Shown piece after piece: positions 1 to 12,329 of a stretch of DNA of 64,000 nucleotides; position 1 is the first letter of the stretch, and each line of letters begins with the position of its first letter. The DNA lies in NCBI GenBank assembly GCA_013265495.1, contig MU058384.1:5638792-5702791 (forward strand), given 5' to 3'. The stretch is from Vicugna vicugna. Its lineage: Eukaryota. The position numbers were made by a program, and so were the translations under genes. The notes beneath the pieces are model-generated. The model was not told the origin of the DNA. It ran no database searches and saw only the letters and a program-made list of their open reading frames with translations.

Positions 1-1065
1 TCATGTTTCTTGGTTTCCCCTGTAGCCAAAATATTTCTTTCCAAGGAAAGGGCCTTTTGTGAATACTAATTTCCAACAGTAAACAAATGTTTTGCTAATA
101 AAAAAAAAAGTGCCATAGCCCATAATTCAGTATTTAAACTGTTTACTCTCTTTTAATTAATTAATTTATTTGGTGGTACCGAAGGAAATAGGGGCAAGGG
201 TGAGACTTAAAAACTCCTTAGTCAGGTATCTTTAACAACCAAGTAGCTGTCAAGTCAATTTTTTTAAGGTTTTCTCTTATTTTCTTTGCTATGGAAATAT
301 ACTAATAACTGTATTAATTTACCATCTGGTTTCTTTTTGCTTAAAAGCATAATTTACCAATAGCTTTCTCTTGGTGCCTCTGTTGGAGCCTCCTTAGACC
401 TGGATTTTGCAAAGAACTAGCCAGGGTACTGATGTCTAATCTGAGTACTTGCAGAGAGAAAGAACTTTACACCAAGATATCTGGCTGGCAGTTTCATCTG
501 TCTTCGAACCTGGGTCTGTCACTTACTGGAGATAAGATCAGAAATCCCCCATCCTCCTGTCTTGACTGCTCAAGGATGGAAACTAAGCAGAATATTACTT
601 TGTGTCAAGTCTGGATGGCCCCACAGGATAAAGTCCTTGATTCTTGTCTATGAGTTCTCTTTTCTGAAAGTTCATTCCAGTTTGTACCATGACTTTGCTT
701 TGGCTTTTGCTTGTTTGTTTGTTTGGAGTTTTTAATTACACAGCTAATAGGTAAATGTGTAAAACATCAAGACAATACCCAGGTAACCCCCACATCCTCA
801 CTAATCTCCCTTCCTTCCCCAGAGGTTGTTAACCCTGTTGGTATCTATACTTTCCAGACCTTTTCTATATATTTGCATACACACTCATATACTAGAATGT
901 CTTTGTTTTCAGCTAAGAATAATCCATTTTCTCTCTATTCTATTGTTGAAGTTCCACACATTTCTGCATATTTTTATTTTTAACCTAGCTAGAGAGTCTC
1001 ACAAAGTGAACCTTTGTCGGGTGCCCACATTAAATTAATGAATAGATCTTGGGGGAAAAAAAAGA

Positions 1066-1088
1066 ACACACACACACACACACACACA
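1066..1088 (+). repeat. (CA)n microsatellite
   Basis: Read directly from the sequence. Confidence 0.95.
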
Positions 1089-1249
1089 GGTTTTTTAGGG
1101 CTTACTAAAAATATGGAGGTTCGGACCCAGATTTTGATTACACAAAGCTTAACTAGTGTTCCCTGTGCCTCTGAGAAAATGCAAAATGTTGCTGACAGAG
1201 GATGTGGACGATCTGCCCTATGATGCATTTAGCAGAATAAGTGTAGCCA

Positions 1250-1465
1250 CCATTGATTGAGTGCTGTGTTCTAGAAGTTATGGGTCAAGTGCTTTACATG
1301 TATTAGCTTATTTAATTCTCACAGTCACCCTATGAAGTAAGAAAAGTTATTAAATGTACAAAGTGTGGCTTAGAGAGATTAAACAACCAGCCCAACATCC
1401 CCTAGCTAAAAAGTAACAGAGCCAACATTTAAACTTTCTTTGACCCAAAGCCTATATTCTAAATC
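1250..1465 (-). mobile_element. MIR SINE
   Basis: gtgctttacatgtattagcttatttaattctcacag...ggcttagagagattaaac. Confidence 0.75.
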
Positions 1466-2584
1466 CAGAATGTCTATTTCAACACACACTCCCCCCACTT
1501 TTTTTTCTCCCCTATAGCAGAATCTTTTTCTCCTCAAGTGAAATCTTGATGCCATTACCCAATTTACAAAAGCTACGAAGGCAGCCAGTCCTCAGCAGAC
1601 AAGCATCTCAAAGTTCCCGTCCAACCCTCAGTGGTGACTGAGGCAGCTCTGGGATCCCAGCTTCTAGGAACATGATCTGAAGAAAGGCAGTCCCTGTGCT
1701 TGTTCTCCAAATCCTCTGGACTAATGCTTTCTACCCTCACGTCTTAAAAGCTCAACTAAATCAGCTTAATTTCATTTAGTCGAGGATTGCTCAGCCAAAC
1801 TCGATAAGAGTTCTACTTTCATTCTCTACGTGTTAACGATAAGTTAACATTAGATGCCTACGGATTATGTTTTATTCTTAAAGTCTCTGAAAATTCATTT
1901 AAGATGAATGGGAAAATGTCCTTATCAGTCTTACACTCTCACAATCCCAGAGCTTTAAAAAGTTATCAATTGTGCCAAAGATAATCCATTTTCATGGATT
2001 TAAAGATTTATTCCATGGTTCAGATTCTTGCACCATGACTCAGAAAACACCAACAAATGACATTATCTTTGACCTGATAATCCATTTTGGAAATTCCTTA
2101 AGTAGGTTAAAAAAAAAAAAAGATTTCAATGGACATAATTAAGTTATCTTTTGTAAAATTTCTAAGGAAAACTAGCCAGTATGGAATTTTGGATTTGAAA
2201 TGAACCTTAGAAATCCTCTCGTCGACCTCCCTATGTTAAAGATGAGGAAACTGAGTGTCTGGCAGGTAAAGCACCTACTCAGACTGCAAGGAGGCTAAGC
2301 CATCCCTCATTGGTAGAATTTTCACATCCAGATGAAATGTGCTGTCCTCTTTATTATGCTCTCAAACAAGTTCAGTGCTTCATGCCTCATTCACTCATTT
2401 CTTTTTTTTTAGCAGATAGAGTAGGAATGAAACCCAGTTCTTGTCTTCATAGAGCTAACTGCCTCATGACCACCAACTTTGACATCTCCTGTCAAACTTG
2501 TCTCGACTCAGATATGTCATGATTTTATGCATTTGCACAATTCCTTGCGCTGTTCCTTACTAACAATACATTTCATAATAACTG

Positions 2585-2822
2585 TCACTTATGCAGCACT
2601 AAGATTGCTGAACACTGTTTTAAGAGGCTTCAGTCTATTACATTTTTAAATTCTCAAACATGAAAATCCTAAGGAAGATGCTACTGTTATCCCGACTTCG
2701 CAGATGAAAAAGGAAAGGTGAACCAAGGTGAAGGAAGTCCAAAGTCACACAGCTAGCTTGTGGCAAAGTCAGGGGTGGGATCAAAGTGTGTGGCTGCAGA
2801 GTCTGTATCCTTAACCACTGCA
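2585..2822 (-). mobile_element. MIR SINE
   Basis: cagatgaaaa...ccaaagtcacacagctag...tccttaaccactg. Confidence 0.75.
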
Positions 2823-5749
2823 CATCCTGTCTGTGTCTTTAAACAACCCAGCATGGTCAGAGGAGACTTGAAGAGGTCTGACAGCCTTAGGGTCCTCCTT
2901 TCTCTAAAACTCATCAGGAACAAAGCAAAAGCTTTCAACCTGGTTATGATGTTTACTCTAGCGGAGCTGAGAAGTGAAATTAACCTCCTCCGAAGTGGTT
3001 ATTCTCCACAACTGTCCCATAAACTGCTCCCTTTATGTTTTATTTCCCTTTACTGTTCTATTATGTCTGCTTAAAGCATCTGAATTGGGATGATAACAAA
3101 GGTTCTTTTCTTAGGTGAAGCCCTCGATGTCTTCTCAGAGGGCTGGCATTTACTGCGTGTTTACTAAGGGTCCAGCCTTACTATGGTAGCATTTTACTAG
3201 TGTCATCCTCACATCGCTCCGTCATGCCTATTTTACAGCCAAGGAAACTGAGGGTCAGAGAGGTTAAGGAACTGGTCAAGAGGTGTAGCCAGAATCCAAC
3301 TCAGGCAGTCAACTTTAGTATTTCCATTTGCATCACTGGAGTGCACTGCTAAGAGTCGAACACTGCTGCAGGGTTGGCTCTCCCCACTGGAAACTACCTG
3401 TGAAGACGATTCAGAGAGGATTACACACGTGTGTGGTGGTGTGGTCATGTGGTCATCGCTACGGAATTACGTTTCCCACGCGACTCCTGAGGGAGGTAGG
3501 AATACTTCCCAACAAATCAGAAGTGTGTCTCTGATTTCTCCAAGACTTATTTGATCATACTTCCTGGAACCATAGTGATGATTCCAATGGCTTCTACTCT
3601 GCTTTCTTTAGAAGTTGCTAAAATCTGAGCTGTTTGAGTCCCTCCTGTGTTCACTCAACAGCATAGTACATGGCTCCAGTCACACTGTGCTGTAATATTA
3701 GGACCCAACTGAAGCTCCGATACGGCAGGAAGGTCCTTGAGGACAGAGAATCTGTTACCTTGTTCACTAGATCCTCTACTGGTCAAACCATATTTGTTCA
3801 ATGAAATTATGAAAAAAAACAAATGAACAAGTCCCTTATTAACTTGTCCTAAAGTCTTTGCCTTGTCCTCCTCCTCCCACTTCTTCTGTCTTGATTAATA
3901 GCTTAGGAATCAAATGCTTTTTCATTCTGTGTTTGAATATGGATTATATATAAATGAAGACTTTGAAAAATAACTTAAATCTTGTTCAAAGACAAGTTGT
4001 TGCTACCCTTAACAGCTGGCAGCTGCTTAGGGAAACTTGATCTCAGCTCATTCAGTGATCACTGCCCACCTCACAACATCTTTTCTGTAATTCTTTTCCT
4101 ATCAGGACTAACAAGGCAGATGTAGTCATGATTCACTCATCTCTTTTGGTTTGATTTTAACAGAAATCACTGACTTCAATACAATACAGTTCTGCATCAT
4201 GTACTCTCCCACCTAGAATCCTTAAAACATTTATTCAATTATTGTTTTTCCTCATTTCTCAGTGTGGTCTGGGGAGCCACTGAGTGTGAAGAAAAATTGA
4301 GCTCAAGATCTGATAGCTGAGTCTTAGAGGGTTTAGACTGGAGCAGAGTGTGGCTAGATTTGGCTAGGCTAGAGGATTACACTTGGGTACCACGGAAAGC
4401 AGGTGAGGAGTATCAGATGTTTGTCACCCCAGCAGTTCTCACGAAAGCCCTAGGATAGTTAGGCTCTCATCCTGCTACAATACAGTGCTTGGAAAATATT
4501 TTGAACGGAAAGTGTAGCAGGCTTCCTTGAAAGTTTCATTTTTTGATAAACTGGTGCTAACATGTCAGTGCCGTATGTAACACTGGAGTCAGCAACGTCC
4601 TGAGCACACTCACATTTTATAATCTGTAAATGTGTAACAAGATAAAGGAAGTCTAAAGTGGGGCATGGAGAGAGCCACTGAAACACAGGTCCTCAGTTGA
4701 AGATTTCTGATTAGAAAAGCATACTGGGAAGAACTGTACGGGAACTGAATCAACAGAAAAGCTTAATCAGTAATTTAGGTAAAGCTAAAGATATTTCTTT
4801 AGAGGAAATACTGTGAAGGCATCTTTTTAAAGTGTGATTTTATTTTTAATGCACACTAGTTAATTTTTTAGAAGTAAGTCCAAAAGTTAAATAGTAGATA
4901 TCAACATTCTTAACATTTATGGGTAAGAAGTCTCCTGAAGTGCAGTGGGAGGCTGCTTCCTGCCTGCTGAATAGAGCCTTAGTTCCTAGCTTGGAGCCTG
5001 GAATCATTGGCTCCCCACCAAGCAGGGGATAAGGACTTTTATGCCTTCCATGGGGTTTGTTTAAGAAGGTTAAATTCACAGGGCAGACAGCTTCCCAAAG
5101 GGCTTTAATTGAAGCCGTGTGCACCAGCTCTCTGGAGATCTGCATCCTTCCCAGCAGGAAGGCAGGCCGCTCCGGCCCTTAGTTTCAATGCCTCTGCCCT
5201 GTCCAGGACATGAAGGGCACTTGCAGTGACCTCCCCAAGTCCTTGGTCTAAGGGCAGGCGGATCCAGAAACTGGCCAGGTTTCTCTGGCAGGCTGCACAG
5301 TGAGCTGGCAAATCTTTAGAGATGATGTGTGGGAGGAAGAAGAGAAGGAGGTGGGAGGAGGACCACGAGAGAGAGCAGACAGCCCGGCGAGTTAGGTGCT
5401 GCTCTGGCTTGCTTGTGCAGCGGCTCTGGCTTTGCAGAAAGGGTTGCTGTTAAAGTTTGTTTTCTTTCACACCTATTTCCTCGCAGCATTCTCAAATGAT
5501 TTCATAAGTATTTACAACCAAGGGAAGTGAAACTCAAGGCTGTAACTAGGGCGGTAGGAGAATCTTCCCCTTGGTGGTGCAAGATGCCAAAATATTACTC
5601 TAATTGCTTTCCAGAGCCTACTGTGACATTTTTCTGGGAAGAGTTGGCTTAGCTATTTTTATAGCATCAGGGTCACCTTGGTCTCTTTTCTCTTCCTAGG
5701 TCAGGGCACTCACCCAAAATGCCATTTGTTTGGGGAATGACTGGTCACA

Positions 5750-5872
5750 TTGTTCTTTCCTTTTCTCTTCTTTCTTCCTCTGTCTCCTCCTCCTCTTTCC
5801 CTTTTTCTTTTTCTTTTCTCTCTTTCTCTTCTCCTCTCCCTCTATCCCTCTCCCCCATCTCTCTCTCCTGTC
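5750..5872 (+). repeat. Low-complexity polypyrimidine (CT-rich) tract
   Basis: About 120 bp almost entirely C/T. Confidence 0.9.
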
Positions 5873-6922
5873 TTTGGAGGATAAGCTCACATCAAGGTCA
5901 ATGAGAGAAAAGCCTGACATGAAACACTCCTAGACGCATGTTCCATGGAAACTACTAACTCAGTGGCTTCAGGAATATCTTGTCATCTCTGAGTCCGTGA
6001 GAGTGAAATCAGCCAGGATGAAGACCCTGACAACTCAGATTTTAGTTTCTAGAAATAGAAAGATAAAAAGGGCCCCAAAATAGTTAAAACATTTTAATGC
6101 TCAAGTTTCTGTAGAACCAACATGAAACTATACCAAGAAGGAAAAAAAAAATTAAGTGACTTGTTTGAGAATTAAAAATAAATAAGAAGATATATTTTCC
6201 ATCTTTTTTAGTCACAAATACCATCTTTTCCATAGAATGATCTTTCTGAAAACTGACTGAATTTCCTTTGAATCCTGAATCTTTCTAGACCAGTACTAGT
6301 TTGTGTTATATGGTGGGAGAAAAATATAAAAAAACAAAACAAAACTGTGAGTATATAGCTTCTAGAGTGGTTAAAAAGATCTAAGTAAAGCTAAGCAGCA
6401 AACCAGTAGAAAGGTAGTGTAAAAGCAAAGACATTAAACCTTGAACTCTGTTTACAGTCTCATACAGCTTCTCTGAAACCTAGAATATAAGCTCCCTGAG
6501 GGCAAAGATCTTGTCTGTGTTGCTCACAGCTTGGTCCGAGTGCCTGGTACATGGTAGGATTAATATCTATGTATAGTAAACATATATCAATAATATATGT
6601 TTAATGAATCAATACAAACAATTAAATCAAAGGGCTTGGGGAGGAGGTATCGTGTAATTGTGATGTCATTATTTGGTTAAATAGAGAGGATACTGATAAA
6701 GAGAGGAAAGGAAGTAAGAAAGAAAATCTTATGTGATTTCCACTGTTTTCAGGTAGTGCCGTCTGGCATTCCAATAAATAAAACTGAGGGAAAACTAGAA
6801 CCCAAGACCTTGATGAATTAAAATATGCTAATGCAGGTAACGAAATGATGTGTTTGTTTGCTCAGGCTTGGTAGGAACTAGATTTGAGCACTGAGCTTTC
6901 TCAACTGGGTTCTAGTGTTTGG

Positions 6923-7135
6923 CTTTTTTTTTTTCTTCTTTTTTTTTTTCTTTTTTCAGTTTTATTAGATAAAATTGTCACAATTTGACTGCACAGATAC
7001 AATGTTTGCAAGACCTTGATGAATACACAATATACTGCACATATTTTTTAATTTACATATATGTACTGTTCATTGTTTCTAAGAACGTTTAGAGCTTTAG
7101 CTTTTTAAACTTACATAGTTATTAAAGGAATAAAT
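6923..7135 (-). mobile_element. L1 3' end (poly-A seen as T-tract at 6923-6957)
   Basis: Reverse complement ends ...tttatctaataaactgaaaaaag(A)n, resembling an L1MA-type 3' terminus. Confidence 0.55.
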
Positions 7136-7139
7136 TGAA

Positions 7140-7610
7140 CCACAAAATAAGAATTCAGAAAGATACATACACCCTGCTATTAACAACAACAGTCTTTATA
7201 ATTGCCGAGATATGGAAGCATCATAAATGCATATCAATAGATGAATGGATAAAGAAAATGCAGCGTAAGCCACAAAAGGTCAAAGAGTGGGAAATGGCCA
7301 ACTTTCTGGGAATCCCAGCCCCTTCCCTAGGCTAGTTAGACTGGTCCTTCCACTTATTAGCATATGAAGCTACCCAGCCCATAAAAACTGGCAACCCTGT
7401 GCCTTCCACCATCCCTCACTCTCTCCCTCTTCGGAGACAGCCCTCACTCTGTCTATGGAGTATGTACCTACTTTTACTCTAATCGGAGCACCCAACCCCG
7501 TCACCTTGTGGCCTTTCTCTTGCCCTTTGATGTATCTCTCTAAATAAATCAACCTTTACTCAAAAAAAGAAAAAGAAAAAGAAAAAGAAAAAGAAGATAC
7601 AGTATATACA
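7140..7610 (+). mobile_element. L1 fragment from the end of ORF2, interrupted by an LTR retrocopy (7264-7589)
   Basis: gccgagatatggaagca...atcaatagatgaatggataaagaa is the L1 ORF2 C-terminal motif (translates ...IWKHHKCISIDEWIKKM); sequence resumes after 7590. Confidence 0.85.
7264..7589 (+). mobile_element. 5'-truncated MER41-like ERV1 LTR (U3-R) with poly(A) tail; probable processed retrocopy
   Basis: MER41-like motif order TTCTGGGAA...ccccttccc...ttagcatat...ccataaaaactggcaacc...ctctgtctatggagta; AATAAA 7543-7548; A/(GAAAAA)n tail from 7562; TSD 7251-7263 / 7590-7602. Confidence 0.8.
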
Positions 7611-7903
7611 GTTAGGCATTTTTATGGTGCTAGATGTAAATGATTCTTTTAAATCTTCGTAACAAGTTGAGGGCTTGATTTATGAATACCCATAACTTGT
7701 ACATCAGTTTTACTGTGATTAACAAGAAAAGATTAATGCATCTATCAGTAGTTTTCTGAAGATGTTTATAATGGAATGACAAAGCTTAAGGAGATAAGAG
7801 ATCACAAAGACATTTATGGCACTGAAATTTCTGATTCATCTCTGAGTGAGTTTTGAGAGAAGCTTCCAGAAACTCTCTTCAATTTTCATGGGGACCTAGA
7901 GTT

Positions 7904-8299
7904 TGTATTAATTTGTTAGGGCTGCCATAATAAAGTATCACAAACTGAGTGGCTTAACAATAGAAAGGTATTGCCTGACATTTCTGGAACCAGCAAGTTT
8001 CAGAGGAAGGTGTCAGCAGAGTTGGTTCCTCGTAAGGACTGTGGGGAACGAGGGATCTGGTCCAGGCCTCTCTCCTGGGCTGGTAGATGGCTGTCTTTGC
8101 TATGTATCTCCCCTCTGTATCTATCTGTCCAAATTTTCCCTTCTCATAAGGGCACTAGTATGTTGGATTGGGGCCCACCTCATTTTAACTTGGTTACCTC
8201 TATAAAGATTATCTCCAAATAAATTCACGTTCTGCAATTCTGGGATTAGGATTTCAATACATTAATTCGGGCCAGGGGAACACAGTTCAACCCATCACA
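7904..8299 (-). mobile_element. MaLR solo LTR, MLT1A-C type
   Basis: TGTATTAATTTGTTAGGGCTGCCATAA...cacagttcaacccatcaCA termini; 5-bp TSD gagtt/gaggt. Confidence 0.9.
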
Positions 8300-10394
8300 G
8301 AGGTTTTTCTCCTTACCATTGAAGCTTCAGTTATATCTGAAATGGAAGAGCCTCCCTAATAAGATGGGCTCCAAGGTACAATGTTGAAGTTATTAGTAAA
8401 TTCTAGGAAACATAAGATATTACAGAAAAGCTATAACACTGGAGAGTACCAGGTGAGACAGAGAGGCTGGGTACACAGGAATATGTTTTTAAAAAGATAG
8501 TAATGTGTTGGATGTGGGGAGTGAGTAGTAATTGGGGGGAAAAGTGCTGCTAAATGTTACGTAGGAAAGCTTGAGGAGCTATGTGGTTGATAAGATGCCC
8601 AACATAGCATTTAAGAGCTGGCAACTAAGTAATAATGACCTGTAAATGAATGTCTCCAAAGAACATCAATATACTTGCTTTCCTCTCCCAACCACTTAGC
8701 CTCAAAGATTAAATGTTACATAGTAAGAACTAGGACCTGGAACTTACTGTATACAGGGCCTTGGTTATCAGCTTCGGCAAAGCAGTCATATCTAATTTAT
8801 TTGTCTATTAGTCTGCTTTTACGTAAAAGGGGCGTATCTTCTCGCCTTGCCACTAATAAGGTGGTGAAGCCATGGCTAATAATTAGTTTTCCAGGACAAA
8901 ACAAACACATTAAATCGGACATTTGAGAGTAACCCGTCAGACTTAATCTCAGTTAGATGGAATTTCAGAATGCGTAATTTTTTTTTTAATCTAGCATCTT
9001 ACAGTTAACTCTTGTGTTATCCAAAAATCAGAGCAATGAAAATTTCTAATGGTGCCTTTCTTTCTGAAGTCATTATCCTTCAATCAATAGATTCAAAATT
9101 AGCGTTGAAGCTCTCCCTTTTTTCCCCCTTGTATTATCATCATCAACAGCCAACATGAATTGAGCACCTGTATGTGTTAGGCATTGTGGTAGGAATGCAG
9201 ATATAAGAAATTACATTTTCTTGTTTTTCGGGGTTTTTTTGAAATTATACTTTCTTTCAATCTCCCCATCCTAACCCATTCCCAGGAACTTGGATCACAT
9301 CTCCTGGTTACATACTCTTTATAACTTCCTGTACTTTTTTTTTCTTTAATGGCAACTGTCAATCTGTACTCACATATCGGTGTAGCTGTTTAATTAATGT
9401 CCTTAACATTAATTAATATCCTCCTGGACTGTGATCTCTATAAGGGTAGGAACCTTCCCTCTCTTTGGCTTCCAGTTATATCCTCAGTGCTTGGTTCCTG
9501 GAGGGTTATCAATAAATCCTGTTGAAACAAATAAAAAGATAGGATATTATGAAATTCGGATTATGAGGAAGAAGAGAGAGGAGTTAACCTGAAAGCCCAC
9601 ATTGAAATTAAAAGTCCTTTACATTTTATTCTTCTTTGTTTTAAAGGGAGGCTTATGTTAAGACTCCATGTCTGAGACGCATTTGTATTCTCAATGACAT
9701 CTCTTTCAAAACCATCTTCTTTTCTATCATTTACTGTTCCCTGGGAGGAGAACCACATAATAAATTGCCCTTATAATTTAGCAGTAGGTTAAGGATTTTT
9801 CTTTTCTGAAGGAAATCACAGTTAGCATGATATAATCCCACAGGTTTGCCTCAGTTGCCAGGAAACTCAAAGCTAAATTTAAAGGTAAATTTCAGTGAAC
9901 AAATTAGAGAAATCTTTACCAATGATTTCTCAGCTACTGAATGTGGTTTTGATCTTGTGTTTTTATTTTAACTCTCTTGCTTCGTGTATCTCATTGTCAA
10001 TCTGTCTCAGGTGGTCTTAATAGTAAGATAGAAGGCATGTAATATAAATAAATAAACAAAGGGACCTATCAAGGACAAGTTCCAAATATTAAAAGTGGAT
10101 AATGATTACATAAACGCATTACTATGATGATACACAGCACACACAGAAGAAATGTAGTTCTAAACCATGAAGTGCTTGTTTAGTAGCTTTTCATCTTGAA
10201 AATACTGCTTGCCTTAGTCCTAATGAAATTAACCATTGGACCACAGGGCTAACTTTTAAACTGTTGATTTATTATCTCAGATATATACCATAAGCTACTT
10301 GGTCTCAAAGTAGAAGAGAAAAAGCCTAGGAATGTTTACTCTCTGTCCCACCAAACTGGATTATATTTTTCCAAATTGTACCAAACTGTACTAA

Positions 10395-10917
10395 ATTTAG
10401 TTATCTATTGTTGCATAATAAAATACCTGTAAATAATTTAGTGACTTAGTGATCAAAACAACATTTTTTTTTTTTTTGCTTATGATTCTATGGAATAAGA
10501 ATTCACGTTGACTCATTAGGATGGCCCTGATCCATGATGTTGGCTGGATCATTCCTCAGCTGCGTTCAGCTGCTGGCTTAGCAGGGCTGGAAAGTCCAAG
10601 AAAGCGTCACTCTCCTGACTGGTGCCTCATTGCTTCTCTGTTGGCCTCTTTCTCTCTCCAAGTAGCGTGGTACTCCTCACAGTCTCATGGGCTTAAGACA
10701 GCCAGACTTCTTATAGGGCTGCTGGCTTCTAAGAGGATGTGATTCAAGAGAGTAGCGAAATCTGCCCATCTTGTTAGGCCCATCCTTGAAGGTTCTACAG
10801 TGTCACTTCCACTGCATTTGACTGGTTAAAAAAAGGCACAGGGCCACCTCATGTTCAAGATGGGGAGGAATAAACTCCACCTTTCAGTGGAAAGAGTGAC
10901 AATTTAGTTTTACTACA
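10395..10917 (-). mobile_element. Older MaLR LTR (MLT1F-J type)
   Basis: ttagttatctattgttgcataa...tgtcacttccactgcatt...ctccacctttcagtggaaagag...ctaca. Confidence 0.8.
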
Positions 10918-11079
10918 ATTGAATGTTTCTGTTTGTTCCACTGAAGCATAGCATAATTTTCCAAATTGAATCCAATTGTACTGAATGCATCTAAAAAACT
11001 TTTAAAATCAAAACATTTTCAGTTACACTTAAAAGTCAAAGAAACACCCATGGGTGAAAGCTATTAAGGACTCCTAATA

Positions 11080-11303
11080 GGGATCAGACAAACCCAGTTG
11101 GATTCTTAGCTGCATTTTTACAAGCTTTGTAACACTGGGCAAGCTATTTAATGTTCTAAGCCTACTGGCTTATCCGTAAAAGGGGTTTCATGACAACCCT
11201 TACCTCTTAGAACTGTTACGAGGATTAAATGACAAAATGCGTGGAAAGCATTTAGCTGCAGTGCCTGGGACGTACTAAGCACTCAAAACATATTAGATAT
11301 TAT
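11080..11303 (+). mobile_element. MIRb SINE
   Basis: ctgggcaagctatttaat...gaggattaaatga...gtgcctgggacgtactaagcactcaaaa. Confidence 0.85.
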
Positions 11304-12329
11304 CAAGACAGACCTCAAAATCATGACCTAACTTTCCAGCCTACCTTTCTACGCTTTTTGTTATAGTATAAGTTGTGATTTTACTCATGAGTCTACTTAT
11401 AGACATGCTGCTATAAAACCTCTTTGCTTTCGGATTTTATTGCTTAAAGGTCATTTCTCAAAAGACCTCTGATGGTCAGCAGGTTCACAGTTTTACTGGG
11501 TTATTTAGACGTTTCCAGGGGCTTAGGAACTAGTGAACACAATTAATTATCTTCTATAGAAACTTCTCCCTGGAGCAACTGCAGTCGTCCGGCTTCATTG
11601 CTGAAATAATATTTCATTCGCACAGGGTCTCATTAAATCAAATGACACCAAATTACTCTGCTTTTTTAGCTTTATGTGCACAAGGCACTGAAGGGAGAAC
11701 AGAAACCCAAACCCTTACGTCCAACAGATAATCACTTATTAATGACATTCGATCCGAATTTAATGCCAGATTTTACTTTCTAATCTGCCTTGCATTGCCA
11801 AATCAAGACTTGACATGCATCTGAAATTATGAATCATAACCCATGTAACTCGTGAGCACTCAGATGACCTTTAAAATTCATTTTATCACTCCCCTCCATG
11901 AAAATACTTCTTATAAAAAGCTAAAAAACTTGGATTGCCAGGCATTTTCATCCCTCTGCCTGACTTCTGAGATTAAACTCTTCCATAGCACTTCTGTCAT
12001 GTGGACTCTCATCCATCATCTTAATTTCCCCTTTCTCGGTTTGCCTCCCTGTGGACCACTCCGCCATGAACGCCTGCCTGGCACAGCACTGTCCAGGATC
12101 TCCTCTTACCTCTGGGTTATTTCTTAGCTTCCTTTCAGGCTTCTCCTCTCTATCCTATGGGACCCTGTGGGCATATGGGAGTGGCTCAGGCACAGTCATT
12201 GGCTAATTAGCCGGTCTCCCTCTCTCACCATCTCTTTCTCTTTTCTCTCTCACTCTGGTTCGCCATCCTCTCACTTTCCCATACCCTCCACCACCTCTCC
12301 CCTTCCTCCTCCTCTTGCAATATACAAAT

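Noticed and set aside
1198..1230. Slight resemblance to the 7SK RNA 5' end (ggatgtg...cgatctg)
   Set aside because: Similarity is about 15 nt and does not extend
5696..5933. Lys/Arg-rich and Ser/Phe-rich ORFs
   Set aside because: Translation of a CT-rich low-complexity tract
6753..6836. Plus-strand AG...GT bounded 84-nt segment as a coding exon
   Set aside because: Stop codons in all three frames
7135..7335. 66-aa ORF with a protein-like N-terminal half
   Set aside because: Dead L1 ORF2 C-terminal fragment fused to LTR sequence
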